DNA of 20,000 nt from Rhizaria sp. SCN 62-66 (Eukaryota). The first letter of the stretch is position 1. The number at the start of each line of letters is the position of its first letter. Shown piece by piece: positions 1 through 11,100 of the stretch. The position numbers and the translations under genes are program-made. The notes under the pieces are model-generated. The model searched no databases. It was not told the origin of the DNA and saw only the letters and a list, made by a program, of their open reading frames with translations. The stretch is from NCBI GenBank assembly GCA_001724265.1, contig MEDY01000116.1, positions 55,017 through 75,016 of the forward strand, read 5' to 3'.

Positions 1-1039
1 GACTGACCGAAAAAGTGTAGCCGCTGCTCACGGTCACCGCCGAGCACTCAGCATCACCTATAATTCCAGCTGTATGGCATCTGTAGAGTTTTCTGTGTTG
101 TGATTGTGTGTTGATCACGCTCAAATAGTTTGTGTTGGTATTTTATTTTTTCGATGTGTGCTTTTGGGTGCGGTAGAGGGCGTAGTGCGTAGACTTTGGT
201 CGTTTGAACGGCGACTCCAAACGCGCTTGTGGTTCATACTATTTGGCAAGTGCCTCTTGGCAAGATATAGGTGGAGTTTGCTAAAATGTGGAGGCTGCAT
301 AGAACGCGTAAGCTTGTATTTGGATAACGTGGTCATATCTTGACTGCCCTTAATAAAGTCCATAGTATCCGATGTTAAGTGAAGTGACCTTTGGATATGT
401 TAGGTATAGTGAGCTATTAAGAAGAATTAAACAAGTTCTAATGAAATAAACTTGTATTAATACTACAGAGCCTGAAGCTGAAACTCATTGTTGCACACTA
501 TACAATAGATCTTGCGATAGCATGGAACTCACCACAACCCGAGTGGTGGTCGAGAGGGGTGACGGGTGTGGCAGACTCTGAGCCAGAATTAGAAAGCGAT
601 GTGTTTGTCTATGAAGACTCCGACAAATGACACTGTGGACGGGCTATGGTACTGCAACCCTATTCACCTCTGTGTGGATTTAATCGTTTCGCTTCCGCTG
701 CCCATGTTTGAGTCTCCACAATCCTCCTAAACCACGCGAGGATCACGTCTATTCCGTCAGTGATCCCAAGTCATGCTTCCGACCTTCTCCAGCGCCTCTG
801 AAAGCCGTCTTAGTTCTAAACTTGCTTTGGTCATCTCTACCATGGGACGATCTTTATACCTGTTCCCTTCTATCTTTGTCAAACCTCTCACATATCCTTC
901 CCTGTCACCCTTTTATTGATCGCCTGGTCGCAGAGTTACACTCGCTCTCTCTCAACACAAACCAAGCTCTTCCCTGCTTTCATCACACCACGCACCCTTT
1001 CAGCGTCGCCCGTGCTTTCCGTCCCGCCGCAGTCCCCCC

Positions 1040-1831
1040 ATGTCGCAGACGCGTCCCCCGATGACGGCGGACCGTGACCCGTTCAACCCGGCCCGCCAGC
1101 GTCTCCAGGACTCGCTCGCCAAGACTTCGGCCGCCTTCGACCGCTGGAAGTTCGTTTTGGAGAACCAGAACACCGCCGCGTCCGACGACTTCTCTTCCCT
1201 TACGCGCTCTATTCAGGTTGACCTTAAGGCCGTTAACGTCGACGTCGCCAACCTCAACAAAGTCCTCTCCGCGGTCGAGCAGAACCGTCCCATGTTCCCC
1301 CACATCGACGACGCCGAGCTCGATTCCCGCCGCAAGGCCGTCAACGAAATCGCCGCTGCCGCGCGCGGTATTGAGGACTTCATGACCTCTGCGCGCTCCA
1401 AGAAGAAGATTGAGCGGGACCAGCGCAACGACCTCATGGGGCCCCCCGGCGTGACCAGCTCTTCCCTCGCCGGCGGCGCGGGCGCGGGGGCCGCTGGTGG
1501 CCGCGGCGGCGCGGCGGGCGCAGGCATGGTGCAAGCGCGCCGCACGCAGACAGCGCGGCGCGAACAGGAGCACAACGCTGTGCTGGACGATATGAGCTCT
1601 GCGCTCGACCGTCTGCACGGGACGTCGACACAGATCAAGGGCAAGCTCCAGACGCAAGCCGTTCTGCTCGATGAGATGCGCGACGACGCGGCTGTGAGCG
1701 AAAACTTGATGCAGTCGACGATGCGCAAGATGGATACGCTGCTCGCCAAGAGCAAGAGTGGACGCATCTGCTGTCTCGCCATCCTCATCGTTATTGCGGT
1801 GCTCCTCTTCTTCATCATCATCTACTTCTAA
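1040..1831 (+). CDS. STX6: Syntaxin-6/Tlg1/SYP61-like Qc-SNARE (263 aa, intronless)
   Basis: ATG at 1040 to TAA at 1829-1831 with GC-rich third positions. The N-terminal DPF motif and helical bundle (VNVDVANLNKVLSAVEQNRPMFPHIDDAELDSRRKAV) resemble the Syntaxin-6_N domain. A SNARE coiled coil (REQEHNAVLDDMSSALDRL...KLQTQAVLLDEM) has a Gln at the probable zero layer. The C-terminal tail anchor is ICCLAILIVIAVLLFFIIIYF. The symbol is a family-level assignment. Confidence 0.88.
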   Translation: MSQTRPPMTADRDPFNPARQRLQDSLAKTSAAFDRWKFVLENQNTAASDDFSSLTRSIQVDLKAVNVDVANLNKVLSAVEQNRPMFPHIDDAELDSRRKAVNEIAAAARGIEDFMTSARSKKKIERDQRNDLMGPPGVTSSSLAGGAGAGAAGGRGGAAGAGMVQARRTQTARREQEHNAVLDDMSSALDRLHGTSTQIKGKLQTQAVLLDEMRDDAAVSENLMQSTMRKMDTLLAKSKSGRICCLAILIVIAVLLFFIIIYF

Positions 1832-2957
1832 ACCAGATGTTTGGGATGAAATCACCTTGGTTCAGTCTGCTTTTGTTGGTTATTTTACATGTAGTCATTG
1901 AGAAAAAACGCGTTGTATGTGTTGAAGCGTGAATAAATATTCTAGATATTTTCTTAATTATCATTCTGATTTCGGGTGATCGCTTTTTGTATCGCTGGAA
2001 AGTTTATTACTTTGCAAGGGATAATTTCACAAAACAGAGAGATTAAAGATACAAATGGCGTTTATCTAATCTGAAAATGAGCGGTGATTCTTAAAAACAA
2101 ACTTTTATTGTTGAACACTTGTTGTCAATGACCCTACAAAATGTATTTTTGTTATTCTGTAAAGAAACAGAAACAGGGGTGGGTCAGACACGAACGCACA
2201 AAAAAACATAGCAGTGAAAACACATAAGCTAACACACACGTAGAGACACAGAGCTGTACAGAAACAAGAACACACATGACCACATATCATCAACAACAAC
2301 AAAGGACAAATGAAACTACGAAAAGGCGCAAGACGGAGAACAATCTAGCAGACGAGACGAGAGATGAAGATAATGGGGGAACGCCAAAAGAACATTGAAA
2401 AGAATAAAGAACACAGAAACAAAAACAAGAGGCTTGAATATTTCACTCAACACGAAATATATCAAAACCAAAACCACCATCAATCGTCATCTTCATCAAC
2501 ATCATATTCAGCCAAGTGCAAGTTAACTGCGAAATTGTAAACATACACTCCGCTGCTCACTCGCTCTCTCTTTCTCTTGTGCTGGCACTCGTGAGTGGTA
2601 CTCATGAGTGGTATGCGCGAGCTGCGGGATGCCAATACTGCGCTGTCGCAACTGCTGATGTTTGAGCGCTATGTTGTGCTCTGCTGTGAGTTCACGCACG
2701 CGACTGTGGTATGCAACACAAACCGGCACAAGCCTCAGTCGCACGCATACACAACTCTAACAACACACACAACTCTAACTACACAGTATCGAGGTTTCTG
2801 CAGCAACCAACCAGAACAGCAATGAGACAAAGAGGCACACAGGAAAGAGCAAGACTAAACTTGACAGATGCTCACAACGAACGAAAGAACAAACCAATCC
2901 AGGAGTAAGCGCTGTTGCAGACAAAGCAACAAAGCGCACACAGCAAAAACAGCAACA

Positions 2958-3014
2958 ACACACACACACACACACAAACAACAACAACTACCACCAATAC
3001 AACAGAGACACAGA

Positions 3015-3047
<33 letters not shown>
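2958..3047. repeat. Two (CA)n/(TG)n microsatellites
   Basis: Perfect CA runs at 2958-2976 and 3016-3047 ((CA)16), within an A/C-rich tract just downstream of the CBS gene stop codon. Confidence 0.95.
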
Positions 3048-3050
<3 letters not shown>

Positions 3051-3168
3051 CAACATTGCAAATCCAGAACAAGACAAGAACACTGAGCAAGCAAGAGCGA
3101 GTGCATACCGATAAGCTCATTTTAAACACATCTTTCGCTCACTCGCTCATTCGCCGCCCGCAGTTCTC

Positions 3169-6100
3169 TCATTCCGGCTTGGGCATCGCGGCCGGCGCCG
3201 CGGCTCCGGTCCTGAAGGAGCGCAGACTGCCGGGCGCGGGCGATGGCGCCCGCGAGTGCAGCGGGGACGTGTTCACCCCCGCCACGCCCCCGCCCGCGGC
3301 CCCGGTGGCGGTGGTGGCGGCGACCGTAGCCGGGTGCAGCAGCGACGTGTTGGCTCCCGGGAACGCCGCGGCGCCGGCGCCGATGCCCACACTGGCGGGG
3401 TGCTGCGCGGCGGCGGCGGCGGCGGCGATCGAGGCCATCGCGCTCGGCCCCGTGCCGGCGCCGGTGCCCGGGACACCCGTGGGTGCCCCGGCGAGCGCGG
3501 GCCCCGTGGCGAAGATGGGCACGGCTGCCGCCGAGAGCACCGCCGACATAGCCGACGACGAGAGCGCGCGGTGGTATCCGCGGTCAACACGGCGCGATGC
3601 GGCGCCCTTGTGAAGCAGTTTGACCACATCCTCGACCGAGATGACCGCGACGGGCGCCTGTGTGGTGGGGTCGACGACGAAGACGCGGTGCATGCCCGTC
3701 GCGGTCAGCTTGGCAATGACCGTGAGCAGCGACGCCGTGGGCTCGACCGATACCGTGGGAGAGACCGTGCGCAGCGATGCCGGCCCACAGTCGCGGCGGA
3801 CCTGAGCCACGAACGCGCCGACGGGCTGGTGCAGCAGCGCCGACGACGGCGCTTGGAGGTACAGCTTGAGGTCCGCACCCGAGGTGTTGCCCACGAAGCG
3901 ACCCTGCGCGTCCACGAGCGCGATTCCGGAGATCTTGGCCGAGGACATGACGCGCAGAGTCGTGATCATCGCCTGCGACGCAAGCACCGTCAGAACGGGC
4001 GAAGTGCCGACGTTAAGCGCGTCGACAGACCGCAGCAGCTCCTCATCAGCGCCTCCCATCGCGGCGCGCTCCTCGGCAGTGAGGACCTTGGTGGGCAGCG
4101 CGAAACGCGAGTAGAGCGCGCCGAGGATCTTGACGATGTCCGACTGGGAGATGATATCGACGATCGGGTACGGCGTCCGCACACTCTTGGCACTTCCGCC
4201 CGAAAACGACGCCGAGGCACCGCTCGAACACGCGGTCGCATTGCTAGCACTGGTGTTGGACAGGGAGGCCGGGAGCGGCGCGGGGCGCACCGAGCCGTCC
4301 TCCTCGATCACCACGGGCGCCATGACGTACGGAGACACCACGAACGGCGCCCCACACGACTGCGGCGACGACGACGACGATGCGGAAGCACTGGAGGACA
4401 GAGACGCAGAGGAGGACGAGTGCGGCAGACTGGCACTGGAGGTCAACGGCAGCGCACCCCCGTTGGCGGCGGGACTGCCCAGCCCAGGGGGACTGCAGAG
4501 CCCGCCGCTGGTGCTGGTTCCAGTGGGACTGCAGAAGCCGGGAGTCACGGGCTGGAGGACCCCGCCCAGAGTCGGCGACGGCTGCGCCTGCTGCTGCTGC
4601 GCGGAGGCGGAGGCGGCGGCAGCGGCAGCGGCAGCGGCGGCGGCCTGCTGCTCTTTCTCTTTCTGCTGCGCCTGCTGCTTTGCGGCTGCGGCGGCGGCGG
4701 TGTGCGCGCCGTGCGAGGCCGGGATCAGCCCCGCGGCCAGCATCTCTGCGGTCGGCAGCGGCATATCCAGCACCAGCACGCGGTGCACGTCGGGCTGCGT
4801 GGCGAGGATCTCGATCACGGCCACGAGCGAGTCGTGCTTCGACACGCCGACGCACTTGGACCGCGCAGAGAGGTATTTGACCGAGAAATCCTGTGCACGC
4901 GCGTGGTCGACGGCGCGCGTATTGACCGATGCGGGGGAAAAGCGCGACAGCACCTGGCCCAGGTACGACGACAGGCCGCTGCTGCCGCCACTGCCGCCGG
5001 GGGAGCCGGTCACCGCCGCGCTCGAGCCGCCGCTGCCGCCGCCGGCGTCGGGCGCGGGGGACACGGAGCCAGACGCGGGGACGCCAGACGCAGCGGCAGT
5101 CGCTGCGGTGGCGGCGGAGACGGGAGAGGGGCCGACCGCGTTGCTGGCGCTGGCTGCGCTCGCGAGTCCCGGGGACGGCGACTGCGGCGGCTGGCCGAAG
5201 CCCCCGTCCGAGGCGACGCTGTGGGAGCCTGCGCCGCCCAGATGCGGCTGCTGCGGCGGCAGGTGCGGGTGCGGCGGCAGCGGCGCGGGCGAGGGGGTCT
5301 TAGCGCGACCGGGCACGGTGCCCGCAACGCCTCCAGCCCCGCCGACGCCGCCCGCGCTAGCATTGGCGAAGGCGGGGGTGGGGCCGTGCGCGTGCGACAA
5401 ATGGCCATGGCTGTAGGTGTGCGGATGCATCGGGGGCGCGGCGCCCGCGCTCAGCGGCGACGGCACCGTTGCGATGCCGCCGATGCCGATGCCGACGCCG
5501 GCGGCGGCGGCGGTGCGCGCCGTGGAGGGGGACTGGGGGCGCGAGCGGCCGAACATCGCGGACTCAGTGCCGCCGCTGCCGCCGCCGCTGCCGCCGTTGC
5601 CGCCGCCGCTGCCGTTGAGGACGGGCGAGGCGGGCGCCGCGGGGGGCTTGGTGCTGCTGCTGAGGCCGAACGACGCGGAGCCGGAGAAGGAGCCGCGGGT
5701 GGGGGTGGTCGCAGCGGCACCCGCGGGACCCGTGACCCCCCCCCTGTGGCGACGGCGTCAGGGAAGGCCGAGAAAGACGCCGCAGAGGGGCCCGCGCCGG
5801 CGCCGGCGCCGGAGGACTGGGCGGGGGCGGAGCGGCGGCCGGGGGACAGCGGCAGCGGCAGCGGGACAGGGGCGTGGAGGCCGAGGCCCAGCCCCAGGCC
5901 GAGGCCGGGGGAGGCCAGGCGCGGGGGCACAGCGTCGGCACCCGACTGCGCACCGGGGGCCGTGGCGGCAGAGGCGGTCGCGCACGGCTGCTGGCTGCCC
6001 AGTGGCTGCGATTGTGGTACAGGGCTGTTGCCGCCGCTGCGGTCGACGGGCGAGCTCAGCGGCAGCGTGTAGCCGCTGTTCGTGCTATTGGGGCCGGGGG

Positions 6101-6983
6101 GCGAGGCGGGGCCGAGCGGCGAGGTAACCGTGAACAGGCTCCCGCTAGAGGAGGAGCCCGTGGACGCCGCGGAGGCCACGGACGCCGCGGTGGCCGACAG
6201 AGCCAGCGCGACATGCGGCGCCAGCGTCCGCGGCGTCTCAGCGGCGGCCCTCTGCGCCGCGGCCTCCTCCTCCATGTGGACGACGAGCGAGACGAGGTCG
6301 CGCAGGTCAAGCAGGCCGGCGCAGCGGCCCGTGGCGTGGTCGACAACTGGCGCAGACTGCACGCCGTGCTCGATCAGCTTGCGGAACGCCTGCATCGGAG
6401 TCTCCGTCGAGGAGATCAGCAGAATCGACCGTGGAGGCGCACTGGAGGGGGCGGGGGCAGAAGTGCCGCTTTGCTCGGGGCTAGCCTCGGCCGTCGAGTC
6501 AGTGCCCGCGCTCTGTTGCTGCTGGAGCGGCTTGTCTTCCGCGGCGGCGGAGGCGGCGGTCTCGGTGGTCGCGAGCGCGGCGGAGACGTACGACGACGTG
6601 GTCGCGCCCGAGCGGCCGCCCGCGGGGCCGGCGGAGCTATTCCGGGCTGACCGCAACGAGAGGCCGCCATTGAGGGCGGCGGCGCCCGCGGCGGTGGAGT
6701 CCGCGGCGCGGGGCCGCATGGGGATGAGCTTGCGGGCCTCGGCGCACGTGAGGTGGGCCAGCGCGGCGCGGGTCTTGGTCAGGGGCGTGTACGTCACCGG
6801 GGGAAGCGCCGCGAACGAGGATGAGGCGGGCATTGCCACAGAGCCGGACGAAGCAGAGCCAGAGCCAGACGCGGAGGAGGCGGAGGTAGAAGAGGGCGTG
6901 GCGGGGGCGGCGGGGGGAGTGACGCCCAGGTGCAGGCCCGGCGACGAGGGCGGCTGCTGCTGCTGCTGCGGTTGCTGAGACAT
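3169..6983 (-). CDS. Four-CBS-domain protein (Sds23/Moc1- or AMPK-gamma/SNF4-like) with long low-complexity insertions; one-base frameshift at 5736-5744; ~1271 aa if joined
   Basis: First ATG at 6983 (context ACAAAATGTC). CBS1 lies in the upstream frame (ILLISSTETPMQAFRKLIEHGVQSAPVVD...GLLDLRDLV). CBS2 (DSLVAVIEILATQPDVHRVLVLD...IVDIISQSDIV), CBS3 (VLTVLASQAMITTLRVMSSAKISGIALVDAQGRFVGNTSGADL) and CBS4 (VSVEPTASLLTVIAKLTATGMHRVFVVD...PVAVISVEDVV) lie in the downstream frame, which ends at TGA 3171-3169. The downstream frame is open back to 5757, and protein-like sequence switches frame at the G9 run. Confidence 0.82.
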
Positions 6984-8127
6984 TTTGTGTGATGAAGCAA
7001 CGGCGATGGCGGCGGCGGCGGCGGCGGAGATTAGAGCGGCGTCGGCAGGGGCAAACGCGGGGAGGATAGGGTTTGCTTGCGAGCGGGCCGCAACCGGGAA
7101 GGAGGCAGACAACAGCTGTTGGTGAAAGGGTCACACAAACAAGGGAGTGGAGAGGAGGAGGGGAAGTTTTGTGATTGACTTGAGCAGCGCCTTACGAGGG
7201 CCGGGACAGCGGTCTTCTGAGCGACAAGGAGAACAAAAGGGGGTGAAAAAAGGGTAAAAATAATGGGGTGAGCTGTTAGACGGCAAGAGAGAGCGAGAAA
7301 GTGTTTTAGAAAGCCGAAAGTGATGTGGTCACTGGTAAAAAGACCGAGGCAGTGAGAAGGGGGTCGGCACGCACACGCGCACGGGGGTTTGTGCGCGTCC
7401 GGGCGCTGATGAAAACAGATTTCGTGTGGTGACCGTGTAGAACCACACTCAAACTATGTAGAACAGCGGCTGTGGTACGCAGCAGGTGCCTGAGTGGCGC
7501 GATCGGCGGGGCAAAACAGCGACTGGATCGACACAAGTCTCCACTTTGCTGCGACGCAAGAGAACACAACCTCAGAGCCCCAGCTCCGACCCGCGCGCAA
7601 GAAATCCTCGTGACGTAATAGATTGCCAATACTTTAACTCAAAAAAATAAAATAAATTCGATTACAGGCACATCTTGTCCTGATTGAAGACACTGACCTC
7701 GTCTCATCGACTCGACTCGCTCGCTGGCTCGCTGGTGGTGGCGGTGGGTATTGGTCGGAAAAAATGAATGCAATTTCGACTCTCTGACCTGTGAGTCCAA
7801 CGACCGACTGGACAAAGGCCAGTCTCTCTCTTGTTCTGGGGACTTCGCGGGAGTTGGTCAATGGTGCTTATCTCCGCACGTGGGTGATTTTGTTGTGATT
7901 TATATGGTGTCATTGCTTTGTTTTTGTTTTAGTTATTTTTTCGAATTGCGCAGTGGGGGCTGTTTGGGGCTTGGAACGCGGCCCAAAATTTCAATTTTCC
8001 AGAGCTCACTTTTGTGCCGCACCATTCGCTCATTGTCGTTTTTGCTCCCCCAGGAAAGTAGAACCTCAGTTACTTTCCTTCGCAGAGTTGGTACTTTAGT
8101 AACCTCAACTTTGCTCACAACTCGCAC
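6984..8127. promoter_or_regulatory. Divergent intergenic region containing the promoters and 5' UTRs of the CBS and ABCC genes
   Basis: Head-to-head start codons at 6983 (-) and 8128 (+). GC content is lower than in the genes and pyrimidine tracts are oriented toward each gene. Individual sites are not resolved. Confidence 0.5.
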
Positions 8128-11100
8128 ATGTCTTCCAAGGCGAATGTGCGCGTCAACGGCGTCACCGTTGACGTGACCGAGGACGATGACTTCATCAACA
8201 TCGCCGGCCTCGACTACAACTCGGACGAAGTAGCACCCCTCAAGGAGCTCTGGTCGCAGTACAACGACCGCTACACGCCCGACGAGGACCGCCCTGCCGT
8301 GTTCGAGGCCTTCACCAAGGAGCGCGAGCGTCTGCAACAGGTCGTCACCACGCGGCAAGAGATGAAGCTGCGGCATCTGGCTAACATGACATGGTGGGAC
8401 ATCGTCGTGCAGCGCTTCATGTCGCCCATCATCCGCCTTTGTAACATGCACCAGATCCACGAGAGCGACATCGCGCCCCTGCCGTACCACGAGACGGCTG
8501 AGACGGTCACGAACGAGTTCGCCCGCATGTGGCAGAAGGAGATCGACCGCTCCGTCCAGGACAACAAGCGCCCCTGGATGCTCCGCGCGCTCCTCGAGTC
8601 TGCCTGGCGCCCCCTCATGATTATCGGCTTCTTCGAGGTCGGTTTCTACGCCGTTACCTTTGCGTCCCCCTACGTTCTCGATCAGCTGACCACGTTCCTC
8701 CGCGACGCGAGCAACGGCGAGGACACCTACGCCGGCGACGGCATCGGCCTCGCCTTTGCGCTCGCCATCATCGCCTGGGCCGCGGCGACAATGAACGTCT
8801 ACAAGGCATTTTACTGCACGCAGCTCGGCCAGCGCACCCGCTCCATGGTGATGCAGTCCGTTTTCAACAAGTCCATCGCCATCGCCCCCTCCGCCTCGCA
8901 AGAGATCACGTCCGGTGAAGTCATGAACCTGATGGCCAACGACGCGCAGAAGCTCGGCGAGGCCGCCCAGTTCGTCCACCTGCCCTGGATCGCGCCCACT
9001 GTCATTACGCTCTGCACGCTCCTGCTCTGGGCCCACATCGGCGTCTCGGCCATCGTCGCCGTGCTGCTCATGATGGTGCTGTTTCCCTACGAGATCGTCA
9101 TGGCGCGCCTCGTCCGCACCTACCGCGTCAAGGCGCTGTCTTTCACCGACGCCCGCGTGCGCCAGGTCAACGAGATGCTCCAAGGCGTGCGTGTGATCAA
9201 GCTCAACGCCTGGGAGGAAGCCGTCCGCGAGCAGCTGCGCACTGTGCGTGAGCAGGAGCTCTACTACTTGCGCGTCGGCATCATCCTGCGTATGATCAAC
9301 AACCTCATCATGTTCATCTGGCCGCCGCTTGTCACGTACTTCACCTCGATCACCTACGCCAACATCGAGGGCAACACACTCAACGCCAAGACTATCTTCA
9401 TCATCCACGCGTTCCTCAACGTCGCGCGCTTCCCCATCACCCTGCTTCCCTACGGCATGCAGGTGCTGGTCGAGACGCTCGTCGCCACCAAGCGCGTCGG
9501 CAACTACCTCACCCGTGCAGAGCTGCCCCAGCGCCCGCTGCTCCCCGCGCCCGGACTCGTCGACATGGGCGAGGTCCCGCGCCCGCCCGCGACGCCCGCC
9601 GCCGCCGCCGCCGCCGCGTCCCTGGCCGCCGCCGCCCCGGCCCCGCGCTCCGCCTCGGCCGTCGCGCCGTCGATCCTCTCGGCGTCGCTGTCGCTCGTAC
9701 CCGCCTACGCCTCCCGCTTCGCCATTGCCATGCGCCACGCCGCCTTCTCCTGGTCTCGCGACCCGCTCTCCGGCGACCGCCCGCCCGTGCTCGCCGACGT
9801 GTCCCTCGCGCTGCTGCCTGGCTCTCTGTCGGCCGTCGTCGGCCCCGTCGGCGTGGGCAAGTCGTCCCTCATCTCCGCACTGCTGGGCGAGATGCACCTC
9901 CACGTCTCCGGCGACTGGGCCGTCGGCGCCGGCGCTCTGCCCGCCGCGCTCACCTCGCAGGAGCGTGCGCTGTGGATGCTCGTGCGCCAGGGCCGCCTCA
10001 CCGCGCCGTCCCAGTCCCGCGGACTCGCCATGGCGGCCGCCACGCTCGGCTCGGACCGCTTCGGCATGTGGGGCGACATCTCCCCCGCGGCGGCCGCCGA
10101 CAACGGCGACGCCGAGCTGGCCTCGAACCCTGCAGCCCTGCGCGCCCCCATGCGTGGCGGTCCCGCCAACGAGGAGGACGACGATCTCCACCTTGCGCAC
10201 GCCTTCAACGGCAACGTCTCCTGCGACGCGTCCTCATGCGCCATCTCGGCCGACACGGGCCTCCCGCTGCCGCAGTCGTTCACGCGCATGCCCGCTTCGA
10301 CCTACTCCACGGCACTGCCGCCGCCGCCGCCGCTCGCCGCCTCGGGCCCGCGCGGCCGCCTGATGCCCGCCGCTCTTGAGGGCCGCGCCAAGCTCGACTG
10401 CTCGGACCCGCGCGTGGCGCTGGAGCTCGTCTGCCTGCGCGGCCGCGTGGGTTACCTCGCCCAGGACCCGTGGATTATGCACGCCACCATCCGCGACAAC
10501 ATCACTGTAGGCCTGCCCTTTTCGCCTGCGCGCTTCAACGCTGTCGTCGCCGCTACCGCGCTCGACAGTGATCTCGCCACGCTGTCCTCCGGCGCTGATA
10601 CCATCGTCGGCGAGCAGGGCGTCACGCTCTCGGGCGGTCAGAAGGCCCGTGTTGCGCTGGCCCGTGTCATGTACCGCTCGGATATGCTCGATGTTGTGCT
10701 GCTCGACGACCCCTTCTCCGCCATCGACCAGGTATGCTCAATATGCGCTCTTAACTATCAACGGAAATAATTGTGTTACATGCAATCATATTGAAGTAGT
10801 TTTTATTTATTCTGAATCTCATCAACTATATCCTCTTTATATTCCTTTCTTTGTTTTCTTCTCTAGGGTGTTGGCAAGCACCTGTGGGAGCAGTGCGTCG
10901 AGGGCATCCTCAAGAACAAGACGCGTCTCATCTGCCTCAACTCGCACCTCCAGTTCCTGCACAAGGTCGACACCATCCTCGTTCTCGACGCCGCGTTTGG
11001 CCAGCAGCACGTCTCTCTGCACTCGTCCGGTTTCGACGACGAGGATATCAACGCACGTCGCCCTGTCTCGACCGTCGTCGCCCAGGGCTCGTACGACGAG

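Noticed and set aside
1..700. Possible ncRNA or small ORFs upstream of the syntaxin gene
   Set aside because: No tRNA cloverleaf, convincing snoRNA box architecture or coding bias could be supported by eye. A covariance-model search would be needed to exclude an ncRNA.
892..899. ATATCCTT, matching a U12 AT-AC donor, upstream of the syntaxin gene
   Set aside because: No convincing downstream U12 branch point with an AC acceptor. It is an isolated 8-mer in pyrimidine-rich sequence.
2105..3129. Short CV- or HT-repeat ORFs
   Set aside because: Translations of CA/TG microsatellite and skewed non-coding sequence.
3169..5556. Treating 3169..5556 and 5451..7112 as two separate genes
   Set aside because: Together they supply one four-CBS set, there is no AT-rich spacer or promoter between them, and the frames join at the G9 run. 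The TTG start at 7112 is also unlikely in a eukaryote.
3256..6072. 938-aa + strand ORF
   Set aside because: Antisense shadow of the GC-rich CBS gene, Arg/Gly-rich with no domain. Its composition changes at the C9 run, which reflects the frameshift in the real gene.
9913..10425. Intein in NBD1
   Set aside because: No N-terminal Cys/Ser block A, no terminal His-Asn followed by Cys/Ser/Thr, and no LAGLIDADG motif.
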